Assembly (NCBI GenBank): GCA_964343875.1
Contig: CAYFJW010000001.1
Location: forward strand, 81,345 to 145,344
Reading direction: 5' to 3'
DNA length: 64,000 nt
DNA from: Candidatus Woesearchaeota archaeon
Lineage (GTDB): Archaea; Nanobdellota; Nanobdellia; SCGC-AAA011-G17; UBA489
The notes under the pieces: model-generated
Told to the model about the DNA's origin: nothing
The model's database searches: none
What the model saw: only the letters and a program-made list of their open reading frames with translations
Shown: positions 56,269 to 64,000 of the stretch, one piece after another
Position numbering within the stretch: the first letter of the stretch is position 1
Layout of the letters: every line of letters starts with the position of its first letter
Translations under genes and position numbers: made by a program

Positions 56269-57156
56269 ATGATCGAGCTTGTGGAAAGAAGCAACCTGGA
56301 GTTATTCATAGATGGCAATCTAGGGGTCCTTGAAGACGCATTGGATCAAAGGGCAGAGGATTTTTTCGAGACCAGGAAAGGCAGAAAAAAACACAATTTT
56401 GGTCCCAAGATACGTAGGAGAAATTTAATGGGGCTCGCTACAAAGATTGTTAACGAGACTAAAGGTTTCTTAGATGTCTCTGAAAACCATTATGCGAGGT
56501 TAGATATTTTTTCCACGCCAGAAGAGGTTTTTTACGGGTCAAAGATTGCCCTTCTTACTGGTGGAATTGCAACGTTAGTCCATCTTCCAGGAGGGTTAAC
56601 CGTTGAAGATCTTGCAGCAATTGGTTTTACCGGATTTGTATTTGGGTCTGGAGTAGTGTTAAAAAGGAGAAAGATGAATAGTGGGGTGACAGAAACAAAA
56701 AATAATACAATTAGGCTTTCAGGCGGGAGAGAAACCCGGGTTGTGGGGGAGCTTGCACATGAATACACTCATCACCTTCAACACCATCTTGTTGAATTAC
56801 CTTTTGAACCCAGAACCATTGCCGTTCTGGAGGGTCACGCTAGGGGTGTAGGTGGAGAAGTTTCTAGGGTTTTCGCTGAAAGGCATGACAACCCGGCATA
56901 CTTAGATACCTTTTTAGAGACAAGTGCAAGTGAATTAAAGGCTGCATATCTTCAGGCTTGTAAAAGAAGAGGGGTTTCTCCAAAGGATTCTCTTCAGAGA
57001 TTACCAATCCCAAAAGTTAAACGGTTGTTTCATAGCACTGGAAGAAATTATGCCACTGGAACTGCCGCAATGTCAATAGCAGAGACCCTGCGTGGAAAAA
57101 GAGTTTATAGAGACGTCATAAAAAGTGATTTCTCATTTTTGAGGACGCAACAATAG
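56269..57156 (+). CDS. Hypothetical protein with HExxH motif (AHEYTHHLQHH); compositionally atypical (GC-richer, Arg over Lys)
   Basis: 295 aa. Arg-rich, unlike its Lys-rich neighbours. Possible zincin-like metallopeptidase. Confidence 0.35.
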   Translation: MIELVERSNLELFIDGNLGVLEDALDQRAEDFFETRKGRKKHNFGPKIRRRNLMGLATKIVNETKGFLDVSENHYARLDIFSTPEEVFYGSKIALLTGGIATLVHLPGGLTVEDLAAIGFTGFVFGSGVVLKRRKMNSGVTETKNNTIRLSGGRETRVVGELAHEYTHHLQHHLVELPFEPRTIAVLEGHARGVGGEVSRVFAERHDNPAYLDTFLETSASELKAAYLQACKRRGVSPKDSLQRLPIPKVKRLFHSTGRNYATGTAAMSIAETLRGKRVYRDVIKSDFSFLRTQQ

Positions 57157-57162
57157 ATTTTA

Positions 57163-57816
57163 CTAAACTTCAATTAACTTCCTAGAGGCCTTACTCAACA
57201 CTTCAACCTTCTTACCAACATAAAGAGTATCTTCAACCCTTATCGCTAAATTCTTACTCTTAATATAAATCCCTGGTTCAATTGTGATAAATCCTTCAGA
57301 AATAACTTCATCAGACTTAATGCTTATTCTAGGCTTCCTATGAACCTTACTTCCCACCCCGTGTCCTAAAGCATGTGGAAAATACTTAACATAGCCTTTC
57401 AACAACTTCCGAGAGTATGTGTGTAAACTCTTACAACTTACACCTAACTTAACTTTCCCTACACACTTCCATTGACAATCTTTAACCAACTTGTACAAAT
57501 CTCTTTCTTTCTTGTTAGCCTTCCCAATAAACAAAGTTCTTGTCATATCGGAACACATTCCTCCGCACTTAGCCCCAAAATCCAACACTAAAAATCCCCT
57601 AGATAACTTCCTCTTTCTAGGCTTCGCATGTATTACAGAATTATTATTGGCAACTATCGGAGGATATGAACTTCCCATCCCCTGGTCCCTAAATCTCATC
57701 AAAATATAAACTTCGATATCCTTCTCCGTTTTAAAAGAATCAAACTTATCAATTATCTCTCTAAAAATAGTATCATTCACCTTACAGGCTCTAATCGCTC
57801 TCTTCTTCTGATCCAT
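57163..57816 (-). CDS. M24-family metallopeptidase catalytic (pita-bread) domain protein (truncated Xaa-Pro/methionine aminopeptidase-like)
   Basis: VLDFGAKCGGMCSDMTRTLFIG, HALGHGVGSKVH, ITIEPGIYI and AIRVEDTLYV motifs. At 217 aa it lacks the usual N-terminal domain. Confidence 0.7.
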   Translation of the reverse strand: MDQKKRAIRACKVNDTIFREIIDKFDSFKTEKDIEVYILMRFRDQGMGSSYPPIVANNNSVIHAKPRKRKLSRGFLVLDFGAKCGGMCSDMTRTLFIGKANKKERDLYKLVKDCQWKCVGKVKLGVSCKSLHTYSRKLLKGYVKYFPHALGHGVGSKVHRKPRISIKSDEVISEGFITIEPGIYIKSKNLAIRVEDTLYVGKKVEVLSKASRKLIEV

Positions 57817-57906
57817 ACCTAAAACTCCACCAAAACCTTTAAATACTTTTATTATGACTTAGTGATGACAAAAAGGGGTAAGGGATAGATAGGGAATTAC
57901 CTCAAA

Positions 57907-59484
57907 ATGTTCAAAAAAATAATTTTTACTCTGGCATTATTTGTACCAATGTTAGTTCCAACAGTTAGCGCAGGAATAACAGACATTTCATTCGACCCAG
58001 ACCCAGTAGCTCTAGAATTACTTCAAGGAGACTCAAGGGATTTTGACATTTTAATCACAAATTCCCACTTGACAGACAATATTACTCTTAGTTTTGACTA
58101 CACTACAATGGATGACAATGATGGAGACGAATTAATCCTTGATTTTCCATCTGAAATAACAATCCTTGCAAACAGCAATGAAACATTAACAGTTAATGCA
58201 GACGTAGACAGTAGGTTAGACGTAGACACATACACAAGCACAATCACTTTCAAAGACACATTAACAAACGACACTAAAACTCTAGACTTCTCAGCAAAAG
58301 TTACAATTGGAATTTGTGACTTTGGTCCTGTAGGAACATCACTTCAAGTAAAAATAAAGGAACCAGATAGTGGAGACGATTTCAAGCCAGGAGATGTAAT
58401 AGACATTGAAGTTGACGTAGACAATGTTGGAACTGAAAAAGTAAGAACCCAAGTTGAAGCATACCTATACGACGAAGACGAGGTAATCGAAAGTACCTCT
58501 TCAACTACAGAAAGTATAGAGGAAGGAGAAGATGAAACATTCTACCTATCAATCAAGATACCTACAGATAGCAGAAACATCAACGAAAACGAAGACTACA
58601 CCATCTATGTAAAGGCTTTTGATGATGATCACGAAGAGGAAGAATGTACCCAAGAAAGCCTATCAATAGACATTAAACTAGATAAGCACGACATAATCAT
58701 AGAAGATACAACAAGATTACTTCCATCAACAGCATTCTGTGGAGAAACAATCACAGCGGTGGTGGACGTAACTAACATAGGAGAGAAAGACGAAGATATT
58801 ACAATAACAGTGGACAATAGTGAATTAAAGGTTCATGAAACTTCAGACACTTTTGAAGTAGAGAATTTCGACTCAAACAGCGACAATGAAGGATCAAGAT
58901 CTTTCAGAATCAGCATCCCAGTAGATGCAAGGGAAGGAACCTATGACTTCAAAGTAAAAGCTTCATTCTCTGGAGATTATGTTACAACCACATTACCACT
59001 ATCAGTTGTTTCATGTGGAACAGCAACAGCCCCAGCAGGAAGATTTGATTTTGAAACTTCAAATTTGATATTCAAAAGCTCACCATCAATAGAGTTAGAG
59101 CAAGGAGAAACATCAACAATCCATCTACTAATCGAAAACAATGCTCCAGAAAGGAGAGTATTCTTCATCAATATAGAAGCGGACTTTGCAGATACAATAT
59201 CCTCAACAGCAACAATAGATGCTTTCAAATCAACAAATGTGTTCTTACCACTAACCATATTCCCTGAAGTAGAAGAGGGAACTTATTCAGCCACAGTTGA
59301 GCTATCAGATGGTTTAAATACTCTGACTTCAGAGACTCTAACAGTCCAAATTGGAGCTTCAGATCAAACTGAAGAGACCTCAGAATCACTATTCTCGGGC
59401 ACCTCTAATGCTGGATTAATGATTGCAATACTCATTTTACTATTGTTAATCATAGGAGTAATTTTGCTTATAAAGCAAATATGA
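57907..59484 (+). CDS. Acidic secreted surface protein with Ig/CARDB-like repeats and a C-terminal TM anchor (paralog 1)
   Basis: Signal peptide MFKKIIFTLALFVPMLVPTVSA. It is Asp/Glu/Thr-rich with repeated D.TNIGEKDEDITITV modules. C-terminal LMIAILILLLLIIGVILLIKQI. Confidence 0.5.
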   Translation: MFKKIIFTLALFVPMLVPTVSAGITDISFDPDPVALELLQGDSRDFDILITNSHLTDNITLSFDYTTMDDNDGDELILDFPSEITILANSNETLTVNADVDSRLDVDTYTSTITFKDTLTNDTKTLDFSAKVTIGICDFGPVGTSLQVKIKEPDSGDDFKPGDVIDIEVDVDNVGTEKVRTQVEAYLYDEDEVIESTSSTTESIEEGEDETFYLSIKIPTDSRNINENEDYTIYVKAFDDDHEEEECTQESLSIDIKLDKHDIIIEDTTRLLPSTAFCGETITAVVDVTNIGEKDEDITITVDNSELKVHETSDTFEVENFDSNSDNEGSRSFRISIPVDAREGTYDFKVKASFSGDYVTTTLPLSVVSCGTATAPAGRFDFETSNLIFKSSPSIELEQGETSTIHLLIENNAPERRVFFINIEADFADTISSTATIDAFKSTNVFLPLTIFPEVEEGTYSATVELSDGLNTLTSETLTVQIGASDQTEETSESLFSGTSNAGLMIAILILLLLIIGVILLIKQI

Positions 59485-59588
59485 CACCATAAATTTTATA
59501 AACAGTTACAACTCGACAATCGTAACATATATATCATAATAAACACAAGATCGTACGAGCTCAAAAGGTTCGTCGGGGGTTTAAACAA

Positions 59589-61373
59589 ATGAAAATAAAC
59601 AAATTTATTGCAATGGCACTATTTATGCTAATAGCAATAAGCTTGACACCTTTCGTTGTTTCTGCTGCAGGTGAACTGTTAGTTGACAATGTTTATTCAG
59701 CAAGCAATCCAACTTTTGGTGACTCAAATCAGGAGGCATCAAATCCTGAGCACGACGATGAAGAAGATGAGATAATCAATGTTACCAGTAGTATTTCTTT
59801 AACAAACAATCAAACAACTGGCGACCTAACAATCTCAGACATAACATTTACAGATGGTAAATTCGGCTTAACACAAACAGATTTTGAACTATTGAGCTCA
59901 GGAGATGTTATTGCGCCTGGTACATCTGCAGGAATAGACATTCTTGCCAATATTCCAGAAAGCCTAGATGGTATTAATTCTGACTTCGAAGAAGTGGCAC
60001 TTTACGTTGGAATAGTTACTATTAAAACAAATGAAGGCCCAGAAGCCGAATTTGATGTTTACATGCAAAGAGAAAACAAATTAGTAATTGATGATTTCGA
60101 TGCATTAATCAATAACAAAGACACAGAAAGCAACATCGGCGATGGAGATGACATCCAAGACCTTAAACCAGGTGATTTAGTTGAGCTTACTATCGTTGTA
60201 GAGAGCAACTATGCTAACAAAGCAAACATTGACATCGAAGACGTTGAAATCGACGTAACATGTGATGATGACGAAGATCTAAACTTTGATGATGACAATG
60301 TAGATGTTGGTAATATTGGTACTAAAGATAGTTCTGAAGAGAACATCAACTTCGACGTAGAAGACGACGCTGTACAGAACACAATAAACTGTGATCTAAC
60401 AACCAGCGGTGTTGATGAGAACGGAGCTACTCACGGTGAAATAATCCGAAGCTTTGGTATTGAAATCAAGAGAGAAAGTCACGATATTGTTATCAAGGAT
60501 GTAAGAGTAAGTCCTTCACCTGTATCATGTGAAGATGACTCAATTCAAGTATCCGTTGATATGATGAACCTAGGTAAGAGGGACGAGGACGAAGTAGGAG
60601 TTCAAATACAAAGCATTGCTTTGGGAATCAATGAGAAGATTTCAAATCTTGTTCTTGATGAGGACGACTCTTCAACTGAAACCTTTATTGCTTCAATAGA
60701 ACAGAACCTAGCTGATGACAAGTATGCAATACTAGTCTCAACTTTCTATGACAACAACAAGCAGACAGACAGTCAAGTTGTACAAATTGACAACCTATGT
60801 ACTGAAGCTGCACCAGAAGAAGATGACGAAGACGAGTTCACAGGGACTTTCACAAGCATGCTAGGACTAACTGAAACTGAAATTTCAGCACCAATGGATA
60901 AGTTGGTTAGTGTTAAGGTTGAGTTAACAAATAGCGAGAACAGCCCGGTAGATTACATGGTATCCTTAGAAGATCTAGGAGACTTTGCAACATCTACAAC
61001 AAGTAAGACTGTTCACCTAAATCCTGGTCAGACTTCCACTGTCTTCCTAAACTTGAAGACAACTGAGAATGCTGAAGAAGGAGCTGCTTACACAGCAAAT
61101 GTTGTTTTGAAAGATGCGAACACAGGTTCAATCCTAGAGACTGAAACATTTACTGTTAACGTAGAAGGCGCACCCGAAGGAACTGGATTTACATTCGGTA
61201 ATTTCGGTGGAGAGGATTCAAAGGTTTTCCTATTGGTCTTGAACATTGTATTAATCATAATTGCAATATTCTTGATTAAGCTAATCTTTAGCTCAGGAAA
61301 AAAGAAATCCAAGCCTAAGAAAGTAGCTGACTTCGAACCAAGAGGTTCAGTCATTATCAAAAAGAAGAAGTAA
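59589..61373 (+). CDS. Acidic secreted surface protein with Ig/CARDB-like repeats and a C-terminal TM anchor (paralog 2)
   Basis: Signal peptide plus SHDIVIKDVRVSPSPVSCEDDSIQVSVDMMNLGKRDEDEV, paralogous to KHDIIIEDTTRLLPSTAFCGETITAVVDVTNIGEKDEDI in the 57907 gene. TM and a Lys-rich tail. Confidence 0.5.
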   Translation: MKINKFIAMALFMLIAISLTPFVVSAAGELLVDNVYSASNPTFGDSNQEASNPEHDDEEDEIINVTSSISLTNNQTTGDLTISDITFTDGKFGLTQTDFELLSSGDVIAPGTSAGIDILANIPESLDGINSDFEEVALYVGIVTIKTNEGPEAEFDVYMQRENKLVIDDFDALINNKDTESNIGDGDDIQDLKPGDLVELTIVVESNYANKANIDIEDVEIDVTCDDDEDLNFDDDNVDVGNIGTKDSSEENINFDVEDDAVQNTINCDLTTSGVDENGATHGEIIRSFGIEIKRESHDIVIKDVRVSPSPVSCEDDSIQVSVDMMNLGKRDEDEVGVQIQSIALGINEKISNLVLDEDDSSTETFIASIEQNLADDKYAILVSTFYDNNKQTDSQVVQIDNLCTEAAPEEDDEDEFTGTFTSMLGLTETEISAPMDKLVSVKVELTNSENSPVDYMVSLEDLGDFATSTTSKTVHLNPGQTSTVFLNLKTTENAEEGAAYTANVVLKDANTGSILETETFTVNVEGAPEGTGFTFGNFGGEDSKVFLLVLNIVLIIIAIFLIKLIFSSGKKKSKPKKVADFEPRGSVIIKKKK

Positions 61374-61430
61374 GCTAAAAGCTTATTTCTCTTTTCTTAT
61401 TTTTTATTTAATTCTAGTTAGAACTCTAAG

Positions 61431-61504
61431 AGGCACTGGCAGGATTCGAACCTGCGAAATAACCGCTCTGCAGGCGGTCCCCTTAACCACTTGGGCACAG
61501 TGCC
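61431..61504 (-). tRNA. tRNA-Cys (anticodon GCA)
   Basis: GGCACTG/CAGTGCC acceptor, anticodon stem ACCGC/GCGGT with loop CTGCAGA, T-arm GGTTCGAATCC, discriminator U73 (Cys identity element). Confidence 0.8.
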
Positions 61505-61506
61505 AG

Positions 61507-61604
61507 CGGACCCGATAGGATTTGAACCTACGACCTTCTGCTCACTTCTGAGTCCGAAGACTTAATAGAAGGCAGACGCTCTATCCAAACTGAGCTACGG
61601 GCCC
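61507..61604 (-). tRNA. tRNA-Arg (anticodon TCT) with a ~23-nt canonical-position intron
   Basis: GGGCCCG acceptor (G3:U70), D-arm GCTCAGTTTGGATAGAGC, anticodon stem TCTGC...GCAGA. The mature loop is CTTCTAA after removal of TTAAGTCTTCGGACTCAGAAGTG. The intron pairs with the anticodon in a BHB-like arrangement. The gene lies 2 nt from tRNA-Cys. Confidence 0.65.
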
Positions 61605-61634
61605 ATACACTTTAAACCCCCCAATTTTCTTTAT

Positions 61635-61642
61635 AAAATTAT
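61635..61642 (-). promoter_or_regulatory. TTTATAAA TATA-box about 30 nt upstream of the tandem tRNA-Arg/tRNA-Cys genes
   Basis: Archaeal TATA consensus at the expected distance from the tRNA 5' end at 61604. Confidence 0.4.
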
Positions 61643-61739
61643 CTACAAGCCATTTTTTAGAAGACCAAAGAACCCACGAGTTATTTGCTTTATCATAATA
61701 AGGCCTATTGAATTCCAATCCAACACCATAAAAAAGTTC

Positions 61740-62297
61740 CTAAAGACCAATTAAAAACTTAAATGATTTTTGTCTTAACTGAACAGCCTTCCTTCCGCGG
61801 TGTTTGTAGATATTTCCATCACTATCAAAGACGCCCTTCAAGAAAGCAATTTTTACAGATCTCCCTGCCCTAGATATCTCTGCAGGTACAACAATTTTTA
61901 CATATTTCTTCCCAATAGGGATTTGATACTTAAAATGGAGGAGTAAAGATAATGGCTTAGAGTAGGTAACTAGCGAGTAACATCCAGACCCATCATAGAT
62001 CTTTGCATCTAAATCAAACAAGCCCCTTACTAGTGCTCTACATTTCTTAGCGTCCTCCAAAGAACAAAAGGCAATTCTAACTGAGTAGATCAACCTACTT
62101 TCTTTTTTCCTAGCGACAATGCACCCATCTCCAAGTATTAGTCCAATAAAGTAGCCAACCTTTACAGGATCTAGAGCATCTAAAGAAACACTATTTCCCC
62201 CATTCACACAAATTTTCACTAAATTTAGTCCATCAAAAGAGAATGTTAAGTTCTTATACGACTTTAATTTCTCAAGAATGTTCTTTTCAACAATCAT
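61740..62297 (-). CDS. Free-standing double-motif LAGLIDADG homing-endonuclease-like protein
   Basis: Two LAGLIDADG motifs (YFIGLILGDGC and FLKGVFDSDGN). 185 aa. About 135 nt upstream of the tRNA pair, same strand. Confidence 0.75.
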   Translation of the reverse strand: MIVEKNILEKLKSYKNLTFSFDGLNLVKICVNGGNSVSLDALDPVKVGYFIGLILGDGCIVARKKESRLIYSVRIAFCSLEDAKKCRALVRGLFDLDAKIYDGSGCYSLVTYSKPLSLLLHFKYQIPIGKKYVKIVVPAEISRAGRSVKIAFLKGVFDSDGNIYKHRGRKAVQLRQKSFKFLIGL

Positions 62298-62355
62298 GAA
62301 CTTCTTTTTAGAGCCATTAATAAAAATAGTCTGCTCGTGGGTGGTAAATGCCGTT

Positions 62356-63075
62356 TTAATCAGAAACCTTTCGAATCTTAATCTTCTTCTTAAGAATTAA
62401 TACCAGCCCCAAAATAACCAACAAACCAATATAATAAAGAGCAACACCTCTGTCCTCTTCAACTTCCACTGGTTCCTCTACAATCTCCAACTCAACAATC
62501 CCTTCTTCAACAATTTCCTCAACAACAGGCCTTTCAGCTATCGCATAATATTGGACCCAATGCAAATCCGAAACAAAGTAATAATTTTTATCATCCTCAT
62601 CTATTGGCAAAATAGATTCTTCAACCATCCATTCTTCATCAAGATACATCAAAACTACATCCTCGACATTGATATCATTCTCTTCCAACCAAGCTTTCTT
62701 AACAACAAACTTTATTTCGGAGAATCTGACTTGACTACGGTTAATCTTAGAAACAACTTCGAAGTAAGTATGCACATTAGAAGCATTATAAGAAGTAACA
62801 TTTTCAGCCAAATCTCCAACACGCCCAATCAAAGGCATCCCGGTATAGACAGTTTCACTTAATTCCAACTTAATATAAGAAACGGGTTCACCAAAGAACG
62901 GTCTCTTCATAGTTACATTTGCCTGTATTCTTGCAAGACTTCCACCAGAAATTGTTGTTCCACCACTAGTACTGCTTCCCGAACCAGAAGAAGATCCAGA
63001 ATTAGACAAAGCTGAAACAGGAAATAAAATAAGTCCAACCATAAGAAACAACATGACTAACTGCCTAACTCTCAT
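62356..63075 (-). CDS. Secreted membrane-anchored protein (Ser/Gly-rich linker, beta-rich domain, acidic stalk, C-terminal TM)
   Basis: Signal peptide MRVRQLVMLFLMVGLILFPVSA, SGSSSGSGSSTSGG linker, EEIVEEGIVELEIVEEPVEVEE stalk, and TM plus KKKIKIRK tail. Confidence 0.45.
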   Translation of the reverse strand: MRVRQLVMLFLMVGLILFPVSALSNSGSSSGSGSSTSGGTTISGGSLARIQANVTMKRPFFGEPVSYIKLELSETVYTGMPLIGRVGDLAENVTSYNASNVHTYFEVVSKINRSQVRFSEIKFVVKKAWLEENDINVEDVVLMYLDEEWMVEESILPIDEDDKNYYFVSDLHWVQYYAIAERPVVEEIVEEGIVELEIVEEPVEVEEDRGVALYYIGLLVILGLVLILKKKIKIRKVSD

Positions 63076-63153
63076 AATATAGCTCTCATTCAGACAAATT
63101 TAACCCTTTCGATATCCACAAATATTTTAAACCACTAACCTCCCTAGCCACCC

Positions 63154-64000
63154 ATGGATATGCATAAAATTTCAAAGAAATGGCAGGAAAAATGGGAAAA
63201 AGCCAAGGTCTTTGAAGTAAAAGAGGATTCTAAGAAGAAATGCTATGTTTTGGAGATGTTCCCCTATCCTTCTGGGTCTGGGCTCCACATAGGACATACA
63301 TTCAATTATGCAATAGGGGATATCTTTGCAAGATTCAAAAGAATGCAAGGCCTTAACGTATTACATCCAATGGGTTACGACGCACTAGGCCTACCTGCTG
63401 AAAACGCAGCGATCCAAGCCAAAGAACATCCAAAGGAATACACAGAAAGATCCATAAAAAACTTCATCAAACAACAAAAAGAATTAGGTTTTAGTTATGA
63501 TTGGGACAGAATAATAAAAACTTGCGACCCAAACTATTACAAGTGGAATCAGTTCATCTTCCTAGAATTTCTAAAGAAAGGCTTAGTCTACAGAAAGAAG
63601 GCACCAGTTAATTGGTGTTCTGAATGTAAAACCGTGCTAGCAAATGAACAAGTTCACAGCGGTAAGTGCTGGAGACATGAAAAAGTAGATGTTGAAATAA
63701 AACAACTAGAGCAATGGTTCATCAAAACAACAGAATATTCCGACGAATTGCTAGACAAAGTTGATGACCTAGAATGGCCAAACAGAATCAAAAGCATGCA
63801 AAAGCACTGGATTGGTAAAAGCTATGGAACAGAAATTGACTTTGAGATAAACAAAAAGAAATGGAAAATATTCACAACAAGACCAGACACAATCTTCGGA
63901 GTAACTTTCATGGTCGTTTCTGCCCAACATCCAGAATTAGATTCATTAGTAACGCCAAAACAAAAGAAAGAAGTAGATAAGTTCCTAAAAAAAGTAAAAT
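63154..64000 (+). CDS. leuS: Leucyl-tRNA synthetase (N-terminal part; continues beyond the window)
   Basis: KWQEKWEKAKVFEV...EMFPYPSGSGLHIGHTFNYAIGDIFARFKRMQGLNVLHPMGYDALGLPAEN is the class-I HIGH region of LeuRS. No stop occurs before the window end. Confidence 0.85.
   Translation, partial: MDMHKISKKWQEKWEKAKVFEVKEDSKKKCYVLEMFPYPSGSGLHIGHTFNYAIGDIFARFKRMQGLNVLHPMGYDALGLPAENAAIQAKEHPKEYTERSIKNFIKQQKELGFSYDWDRIIKTCDPNYYKWNQFIFLEFLKKGLVYRKKAPVNWCSECKTVLANEQVHSGKCWRHEKVDVEIKQLEQWFIKTTEYSDELLDKVDDLEWPNRIKSMQKHWIGKSYGTEIDFEINKKKWKIFTTRPDTIFGVTFMVVSAQHPELDSLVTPKQKKEVDKFLKKVK

Overview
The window is an AT-rich (about one-third GC), lysine-rich, tightly packed archaeal chromosome segment. I infer a small-genome DPANN-type archaeon from a fused PriS/PriL-like primase, from Lys/Glu-rich tails on housekeeping proteins and from the large share of secreted and membrane-anchored proteins. 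Coordinates of tRNAs and motifs may be off by 1-2 nt.

Content: the first ~9 kb is the canonical archaeal spc-type ribosomal cluster (uL14, uL24, eS4, uL5, uS14, uS8, uL6, eL32, eL19, uL18, uS5, uL30, uL15), followed by SecY, a DUF106 Oxa1-like insertase, eL34, eL14, prefoldin alpha and the PriS primase. The rest is mainly information-processing and cell-division genes: Hjc, class-I LysRS, Trm11, eS17, Alba, GlyRS, Dph2, ZPR1, SepF, prefoldin beta, RpoP, eL43, uL11, Spt5, SecE, FtsZ, FKBP, aIF5A, eL40, an S2P protease, TatD, Orc1/Cdc6, RluA, HemK/Mtq2, uL1, P0, P1, UppP and the start of LeuRS. Five tRNA genes are present (Met-CAT, Ala-GGC, Pro-TGG, Cys-GCA and an intron-containing Arg-TCT), all on the minus strand. 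No rRNA or CRISPR array was seen.

Observations worth a second look:
- Two free-standing double-motif LAGLIDADG endonuclease genes, each immediately 5' of minus-strand tRNA genes.
- An 80-aa ultra-basic Arg/Thr/Lys protein encoded entirely by perfect 33-bp and ~45-bp tandem repeats, with a strong Shine-Dalgarno sequence.
- A CARF-like / secreted SNase lipoprotein / Csa3-like trio.
- An ArmA/Sgm (FmrO)-type putative 16S rRNA m7G1405 methyltransferase.
- A DUF1931 histone-fold gene that is frameshifted as given.
- A 1143-aa secreted beta-helix plus GH-A glycoside hydrolase.
- Paralogous acidic surface proteins.
- GC- and Arg-enriched islands.
- A signal-peptide gene whose only in-frame start is ATT.
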